Below, in pieces: positions 57,957 to 64,000 of a DNA stretch of 64,000 nucleotides. Positions within the stretch are counted from its first letter, which is position 1; each line of letters starts with the position of its first letter. The notes beneath the pieces are model-generated. The model did not search any database. It had not been told where the DNA came from and was given only the letters and a program-made list of their open reading frames with translations. The translations under genes and the position numbers were made by a program. This DNA is from Planctomycetota bacterium (GTDB taxonomy: Bacteria; Planctomycetota; B15-G4), in the NCBI GenBank assembly GCA_038212275.1, contig JBBQUR010000004.1:192001-256000 (forward strand), in the 5' to 3' direction.

Positions 57957-59189
57957 ATGTCGAATCCCGCACCGGCTTCACCCCTTCCAGCTTCCCCGCG
58001 CGCCCACGCCAGATTCCGCAGCGTCGAACAGCTCGACGTGACGGGCAAGCGCGTGCTCGTGCGCGTGGATTTCAACGTCCCGCTCAGGGATGGCCGCATC
58101 ACGGACGACCTGCGCATCCGCTCCGCGCTGCCGACGGTGAGGTCGATCATCGAGCGGGGCGGCATCGCCATCCTCATGAGCCATCTCGGCCGACCCAGAA
58201 AGGGCCCCGAGGACGGACTTCGCATGGGTCCGGTCGCGGCGAGACTGAGCGAACTGCTCGGCAGACCGGTGACGGCGTTTCGCGAGATCAACACCGATGC
58301 GGTCGCAACTGCGGTGCGCGCACTCCCTGCCGGCTCGGTGGCTCTGCTCGAGAATCTCCGCTTCGATCCGGGCGAGCAGAAGGGCGACCCGGCGTTCACG
58401 GCCAGGCTCGCTGCCCTCGGGGAACTGTACGTGGACGACGCCTTCGGTACGGCGCATCGACCTGATGCATCGGTCTCCGGCGTGCCAGCTCTGCTGGGCA
58501 AGGACAAGTGCGCTGCGGGCCTGCTCGTGGCGCAGGAACTCGTGGCTTTTGGAAAAGTGCTCGATCAGCCGGCGCGCCCGCTTGTCGCGATCCTCGGCGG
58601 CGCCAAGATTTCCGACAAGCTCGCGGTCGTGAAGAACCTCCTCGATAAGGTCGACGTGATCCTGATCGGCGGAGCGATGGCCTACACTTTCCTGAAGGCT
58701 CAGGGTGTCGCCGTCGGTTCCTCGCGAGTCGAGGATGACTTCGTCACGGAGTGTCGTGACGTGCTTGGGCGCGCCGCAGCCTGCAAGGTCGACATCCTTC
58801 TGCCGTCCGATCACCTCTGTGCGTCCGCATTCGATTCCGATGAGGCAACTCCGGTGGATGGCCCAATCCCGGCGGGACTCATGGGCCTGGACATCGGCCC
58901 CGGTACGGCCAGGCGATATGCGGAGCGCATCGCGTCGGCTGGCACGGTCGTGTGGAACGGACCGATGGGGGTGTTTGAGCGGCCTCCCTATGCTGCCGGC
59001 ACGCGCGCCGTCGCCGAGGCCGTGGCGTCCTGCCCCGGCTACACGGTGGTGGGCGGGGGCGACAGCGCTGCAGCGATCGCAAGCTTCGGTCTCGCCAGCC
59101 TGGTCAAGCATGTCTCCACCGGAGGCGGGGCTTCGCTCGAGCTGCTCGAAGGCAAGACGCTGCCGGGAATCGACGCTCTGCTCCTCTGA
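57957..59189 (+). CDS. pgk: Phosphoglycerate kinase
   Basis: RVDFNVP, SHLGRP, LENLRF, DAFGTAHR, GGAKISDK, WNGPMGVFE, STGGGASLE. Confidence 0.98.
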   Translation: MSNPAPASPLPASPRAHARFRSVEQLDVTGKRVLVRVDFNVPLRDGRITDDLRIRSALPTVRSIIERGGIAILMSHLGRPRKGPEDGLRMGPVAARLSELLGRPVTAFREINTDAVATAVRALPAGSVALLENLRFDPGEQKGDPAFTARLAALGELYVDDAFGTAHRPDASVSGVPALLGKDKCAAGLLVAQELVAFGKVLDQPARPLVAILGGAKISDKLAVVKNLLDKVDVILIGGAMAYTFLKAQGVAVGSSRVEDDFVTECRDVLGRAAACKVDILLPSDHLCASAFDSDEATPVDGPIPAGLMGLDIGPGTARRYAERIASAGTVVWNGPMGVFERPPYAAGTRAVAEAVASCPGYTVVGGGDSAAAIASFGLASLVKHVSTGGGASLELLEGKTLPGIDALLL

Positions 59190-59263
59190 CCCATCGAGCG
59201 CCGCGTCCGCAGCGATTCGCGAAGCCGGGGCGGCTGTGGTATCGCCGAGTCGGGGTTGAGACC

Positions 59264-60016
59264 ATGAACGACATGCTGCTTCCCGCCGTGAAGATTGCGC
59301 CGTCGCTGCTCTCCGCCGATTTCGTGCGCCTGGCACGGGACATCGCAGCGGTGGAAGACGCTGGCGCGGACTGGCTGCACGTCGACGTGATGGATGGCCA
59401 CTTCGTCCCGAACCTCACCATTGGACCTCCCGTGGTGAAGGCGATCGCCGGCTGCGCGCGCATGCCCCTCGACGTTCACATCATGATCAGCGACCCGCTT
59501 GCCTACGCCGAGGCGTATGTCCGCGCCGGAGCTGCCACGCTCACGTGCCACCTCGAGACGAATCCCGAGGCACTCATCGCCATCCGACGTTTCGGGGCGC
59601 GGGCCGGTCTTGCCATCAACCCCGAGACGGACATCGCTCCGGTCCGAGATCTGCTGCCCCTGTGCGACATGGTCCTCGTCATGAGCGTGCATCCAGGCTT
59701 CGGCGGGCAGAAGTTCATGCCGGAGGTACTGCCCAAGATCGAGCGCTTGCGCGCGTGGGGATTTGCGGGTGATGTCGAGATCGACGGCGGCATTTCGCCC
59801 GAGACGATTGGCGCCGCGGCTGCCGCCGGTGCCAACGTCTTCGTTGCCGGCTCGGCTGTCTTCGGCAGCCAGGACTGGGCGGCTACCATCGCGACGCTAC
59901 GCCGCGTTGCCGAGCGAGCGCACGCAACCGGCAGCGCCGGAGCACCGGAAGCCTCAGGCGACACGGAGCCCGCGGGGCCCGCCGGCGCGGCCCATACGGC
60001 AAGGGACGGAGGCTGA
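59264..60016 (+). CDS. rpe: Ribulose-phosphate 3-epimerase
   Basis: APSLLSADF, HVDVMDGHFVPNLT, MSVHPGFGGQKF, DGGI, VAGSAVF. Confidence 0.97.
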   Translation: MNDMLLPAVKIAPSLLSADFVRLARDIAAVEDAGADWLHVDVMDGHFVPNLTIGPPVVKAIAGCARMPLDVHIMISDPLAYAEAYVRAGAATLTCHLETNPEALIAIRRFGARAGLAINPETDIAPVRDLLPLCDMVLVMSVHPGFGGQKFMPEVLPKIERLRAWGFAGDVEIDGGISPETIGAAAAAGANVFVAGSAVFGSQDWAATIATLRRVAERAHATGSAGAPEASGDTEPAGPAGAAHTARDGG

Positions 60017-60018
60017 TC

Positions 60019-60852
<834 letters not shown>

Positions 60853-60896
60853 GCCCGCGCGCGTGCACGCCTCGCGGCGTCGCCCGACGACGGGCC

Positions 60897-60925
60897 TTGC
60901 ACGAGGCGTGTCTCGCCTCTAGACT
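60897..60925 (+). promoter_or_regulatory. Sigma-70-like promoter of tRNA-Asn
   Basis: TTGCAC-17 bp-TAGACT. Confidence 0.6.
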
Positions 60926-60946
60926 CCCGCCCTCTGTTCGTCAGGG

Positions 60947-61023
60947 TCCCCGATAGCTCAGTTGGTTAGAGCATCTGACTGTTAATCAGAGGGTCGGTGG
61001 TTCGAGTCCACCTCGGGGAGCCA
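60947..61023 (+). tRNA. tRNA-Asn (GTT)
   Basis: Acceptor TCCCCGA/TCGGGGA, D-arm GCTC/GAGC, anticodon arm TCTGA-CTGTTAA-TCAGA, T-loop TTCGAGT, encoded CCA. Confidence 0.97.
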
Positions 61024-62348
61024 TCGCACTCGAATGCGTCGGCTCGCGTGGGATCGCGCAAGGCCGCCATCGGCAAGGAGTTACCGCTCAGCGCTGACCG
61101 CTGACTGCGTCCCCGGCCCTCGCGCCCTGACGAACCGCCACGCAGCGTCTCGCGCTCCATTTGCGGTGGCTGGTACGGTGGTTCCCGCGGTGGGTGTTGC
61201 GGTGAAACATCAGATGCCTGAGACGCCTCAGCGCCCTCCGTTCCGGTGGCGCGCTGCTGTGCGACCTGCACGCTGGAGGTCGCCGCTTCGGGCACGTTGG
61301 GGACGCTCTGGATCGCCTTGGCCACGTCCGCTCCGTCGAGCTGGATGTAGTGCTTCATCGTGATCTTGTAGTCCGCGTGGCGCAGCATGCGCTGCGTCAT
61401 CGCAGGCGAGACACCGAGCCGCGCCAGGTTGGTGCCGAGCGACACGCGCAGCGAGTGCAGGTCCGCAACGCGGCCGTCCACGTCCTTGAGCACGATGCCC
61501 GCGTCCTCGAAGTCCGCGCGGCGCTCGTCGTTGCTCGGCATGACCGGGAAGACCCGCGCATCGGGACGGAGGATGTCGGGCCGGATGGCAGTGAGCGCAT
61601 CCTTGAGCTGCGGGTGCAGCGGGAGGACATCGGTCCGGTGGGCCTTGCCGTCACTGATGGTGAGGGTGCCGATGGCCAGGTCCACGTCGGCCCAGCGCAG
61701 GCGGGTCAGCTCGCTGCGCCGCAGGCCGGCGAGCGCAGCGCACAGGTACACCGGGCGCCGACCGTGCTTCGCGGCCACGGTCAGCAGGCTCGAGATCTCG
61801 TCCCAGGTGAGCGCCCGCCGGATACGCCGGCGGTCACGATTCTGGTCGAGGCGCGGCAACTGCTTGAGGAGGTTCTCGCGCACGCGGCCGGACTTCACGG
61901 CCCAGTTGACGAACGAGACCACGATGGTGCGTTCCATGTTGACCGTGGTCGCCGAGCGGCCCAGGTCCCGCAGTGCCTTGAGGTGCCGGGCCAATGCGTC
62001 CGGCGTCAGGTCGGAGAGCCGCGCAGCGCCGGTGGCCGCGATGATCCGGTTGAGCAGGCGCTGGTTTTCCGAGACGTGGAAGGCTGCCCGCGCGCCGGCG
62101 CGCAGGTGCTCGAGGTAGGCGTCCACGTGCCGGAGCAGGGGCACGGCGTTCGCCTCGAAGTAGCGATCCTGGCGCGGGTCGATGACGCCTTCACGGCGCA
62201 GGGCGGCCTGGGCGTCGAGCTGCGCCCCGATGCGCTCGGCCACCTTCCTGTCAGTGGTGCGGCTGGACTTCTCGCGCCGCCGGCCGTCGTGGGTCGTCCA
62301 GCCGATGAAGTAGTTGGGGAAACCGGCGCGCTTGAAGACGCTTGCCAT
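60966..62348 (-). CDS. Tyrosine recombinase/integrase
   Basis: Arm-binding N-terminus; catalytic R (AGLRRSE), K (GK), HSLR, RH, Y (MKHY); adjacent to tRNA. Confidence 0.94.
   Translation of the reverse strand: MASVFKRAGFPNYFIGWTTHDGRRREKSSRTTDRKVAERIGAQLDAQAALRREGVIDPRQDRYFEANAVPLLRHVDAYLEHLRAGARAAFHVSENQRLLNRIIAATGAARLSDLTPDALARHLKALRDLGRSATTVNMERTIVVSFVNWAVKSGRVRENLLKQLPRLDQNRDRRRIRRALTWDEISSLLTVAAKHGRRPVYLCAALAGLRRSELTRLRWADVDLAIGTLTISDGKAHRTDVLPLHPQLKDALTAIRPDILRPDARVFPVMPSNDERRADFEDAGIVLKDVDGRVADLHSLRVSLGTNLARLGVSPAMTQRMLRHADYKITMKHYIQLDGADVAKAIQSVPNVPEAATSSVQVAQQRATGTEGAEASQASDVSPQHPPREPPYQPPQMERETLRGGSSGREGRGRSQRSALSGNSLPMAALRDPTRADAFECDGSPRWTRTTDPLINSQML
61157..61204 (-). repeat. Four 12-bp-period direct repeats (candidate integrase arm-type sites)
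   Basis: Minus strand: caccgcaacacc/caccgcgggaac/caccgtaccagc/caccgcaaatgg. Confidence 0.5.
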
Positions 62349-62350
62349 GA

Positions 62351-62575
62351 TCAGCGCTCCCTGTCCGTGCGGACCTTGCGGGCCTCTATCCAGCCCTGCA
62401 GGTCGGCGACACAGTAACGCACCGTCCGCCCGATGCGCAGGTGCGGTATGTCATGAGAAGCGGTCAGACTCCAGAGGCTGCGGGCGCTGATCGCCAGCAT
62501 CGCGGCGGCCTCCTTGGTGTTCAGCAGGCGCGGTGGGGTGGTCGGCGGGGGAAGGGGAATTCGTGTGGAGGTCAT
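62351..62575 (-). CDS. Excisionase-like helix-turn-helix protein
   Basis: LLNTKEAAAMLAIS...IPHLRIGRTVRY...L..WI; AAAGGA RBS; directly upstream of integrase. Confidence 0.88.
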   Translation of the reverse strand: MTSTRIPLPPPTTPPRLLNTKEAAAMLAISARSLWSLTASHDIPHLRIGRTVRYCVADLQGWIEARKVRTDRER

Positions 62576-62796
62576 CGAACGGTTCCTTTCTCGAGGGGGT
62601 GATGGAAGGCGACCTGGCGAGAGCACGGGAGTACTTCCGCTGGCGGCGTGGGCATGGGTCTGGTGATGGGTGGCGAGAGGTGCGAGGGCCTTGGCCGTGG
62701 TGATGGCGATGGCGAGGGCGCCCATCGCGGTGCGTTGACCGCGTGCAGCGTGCGACTGCGAGGCCGCAGGCGAGGCGTGACGGTGATCGTGCTCAT
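62572..62796 (-). CDS. Small Pro/Arg-rich hypothetical protein
   Basis: ATGA overlaps at both ends; low complexity. Confidence 0.4.
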   Translation of the reverse strand: MSTITVTPRLRPRSRTLHAVNAPRWAPSPSPSPRPRPSHLSPPITRPMPTPPAEVLPCSRQVAFHHPLEKGTVR

Positions 62797-63311
62797 GGGT
62801 GCGCGACCTGCTGCTCGAGTGCGGCGCAGCGAACCAGGAGGTCCGACGCCAGGTCCGCAAGAGCAGCCTCCCAACCCGGAACGCTGAAGCATCCAGGCGA
62901 GCGTGCGTCGGAGTGCGCCCAGAGGATCCGGTCTGCGAGCGCCAGCGGAACGTCTAGGCGGTCGAGATGCATCGGCTCGCCGGTCAGGGCGTCATGGGCC
63001 TCTCCGGACGCGTAGCCGCCCGGTTCGGTGATCGCTGCCCGGCCTCGTGGGGAGTACGTGCCGTTCAGGTTGCTGCTGTCCATGCAGGAAGCTCCAAGGC
63101 TGAGGTCAGGTGCTGCTGCCGGCCGACTCAGCCTCTTTCGCCGGCACGGAAATGCGGTGTGTCGTTCGTGGTCGGCCTCGTCGGCGTGGGGCGCGAGAGG
63201 GCCGGCCGTAGCTGCTGCGAAGGAGTCCGCGAGCCACCGCGCAAGCTCCGCCGAGCATGTGCTCGGGTGCGGCGTGGCCGGACCGGTGCAGCGACTGGGC
63301 AGAGCGATCAT
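62793..63311 (-). CDS. Hypothetical protein (alternative start at 63083)
   Basis: ATGA overlaps at both ends; internal GGAG RBS + ATG at 63083. Confidence 0.45.
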   Translation of the reverse strand: MIALPSRCTGPATPHPSTCSAELARWLADSFAAATAGPLAPHADEADHERHTAFPCRRKRLSRPAAAPDLSLGASCMDSSNLNGTYSPRGRAAITEPGGYASGEAHDALTGEPMHLDRLDVPLALADRILWAHSDARSPGCFSVPGWEAALADLASDLLVRCAALEQQVAHP

Positions 63312-63637
63312 CGATCGGGTCCCGCAGGCGCTGCCGGCGCGGATGGTGCTGGCGCCGTACTGAACTGCAGACGCAGTGCCGCAAAGACCTGGCGCTCGAC
63401 GTCACGGCGAGCCGCATCCGAGATCGGGCGGATGTAGGCGTGCTGCTTTCCGGACGCATCGCGCCGTTCCGGGAATGAGAGCACGAGGTCACCGGCGCGG
63501 GTGCGACGGAGCGTGATCCCGTCGAGCTTCACCGCCCCGTTGAGCAGGAAGCTGACCCAGCCCAACAGGCCCAGAGCGCGCTCGGCATCCGGCGCGGCAA
63601 TGAAGCGGATCTCGGAGACGTGGAGGTCAGGCTTCAC
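63308..63637 (-). CDS. SpoVG-like nucleic-acid-binding protein
   Basis: VSEIRF..LLGWVSFLLNG.VKLDGITL.....L.LSFP.RR..G.....IRPI...R...E..V; GGAGG RBS before GTG. Confidence 0.75.
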   Translation of the reverse strand: MKPDLHVSEIRFIAAPDAERALGLLGWVSFLLNGAVKLDGITLRRTRAGDLVLSFPERRDASGKQHAYIRPISDAARRDVERQVFAALRLQFSTAPAPSAPAAPAGPDR

Positions 63638-63791
63638 GCGCTACCTCCGCGCTCACGCATCCGCAGGGGTTTTCGATGTGGTGTCGCGACGCGAGAGGAG
63701 GCGCCTGATGCCGCAGCACGAGCGGCGGCGCTTCCGGCATGGGATCGGGCGCGAGCTCGACAACTGGCCGTTCCGGCATCTCAGCGTCCAT
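63627..63791 (-). CDS. Small hypothetical protein
   Basis: Short ORF overlapping both neighbours; weak evidence. Confidence 0.3.
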   Translation of the reverse strand: MDAEMPERPVVELAPDPMPEAPPLVLRHQAPPLASRHHIENPCGCVSAEVAREA

Positions 63792-63999
63792 CGCTCTGCC
63801 CCGTCGCCACGTTCTTCCGGATGTCGTCCAGCACCGCGTCGGCGTTGAGTTGGCTGGAGACGCTCGCGAGCGCGCCGACGAGGATCTGGATCTCCGCTTC
63901 CGAGGCGTTGCCTCGCACGCCTGCCTCCAGCGCTTCCGCGGCTCGGTCGACCTCATCGATGTCTATGTGCCGCGTGCCGTCGCCCCATGCGTCGGAAGC
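63781..63999 (-). CDS. Partial CDS (start outside window), helical hypothetical protein
   Basis: Open frame not in the ORF track: ASDAWGDGTRHIDIDEVDRAAEALEAG...LDDIRKNVATGQSDGR*. Confidence 0.55.
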   Translation of the reverse strand, partial: ASDAWGDGTRHIDIDEVDRAAEALEAGVRGNASEAEIQILVGALASVSSQLNADAVLDDIRKNVATGQSDGR

Positions 64000-64000
64000 G

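Larger units (their letters stand above)
61024..64000 (-). mobile_element. Integrative element (prophage/satellite/IME) inserted at tRNA-Asn; far end outside window
   Basis: tRNA-adjacent integrase and excisionase plus a chain of small overlapping hypothetical ORFs. Confidence 0.85.

Overview
High-GC bacterial chromosomal segment. A Planctomycetota origin is inferred from the H-X9-DG prepilin protein, the CRTAC1/FG-GAP secreted proteins and the TsaC-LMWPTP fusion. Most of it is housekeeping: secA, waaA, metK, icd, pyk, dcd, sucCD, tatA, mobA, a polyprenyl synthase, a rhomboid, serS, a PtsN-like EIIA, rpsU, rpiB, tsaC, dnaK, purN, yggS, tilS, gap, pgk, rpe and accD. It also holds a two-radical-SAM/GT9/membrane-glycosyltransferase/CRTAC1/TPR cluster (7.8-16.9 kb), a partial type II secretion operon gspD-E-F-G-H-I-J (30.6-38.6 kb) and a GldA/F/G-like ABC system with a DUF4340-like protein. 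At the right end is tRNA-Asn(GTT) with an integrative element inserted at it (tyrosine integrase, excisionase, SpoVG-like protein), which runs off the window. Best leads: (1) a sensor-less histidine kinase and sigma-54 activator directly upstream of dnaK, with candidate enhancer palindromes and a -24/-12 promoter; (2) an integrase whose reading frame crosses the att site and ends antisense inside the tRNA; (3) a shared, unnamed C-terminal 'GLxxYFQ...SN' domain on two secreted beta-propeller proteins; (4) a GspJ-like pseudopilin with a calcium-binding-type acidic repeat tail; (5) an N-terminally extended TatA co-oriented with a nearby rhomboid. All assignments come from motif recognition by eye; no database search was run, so novelty is unverified.
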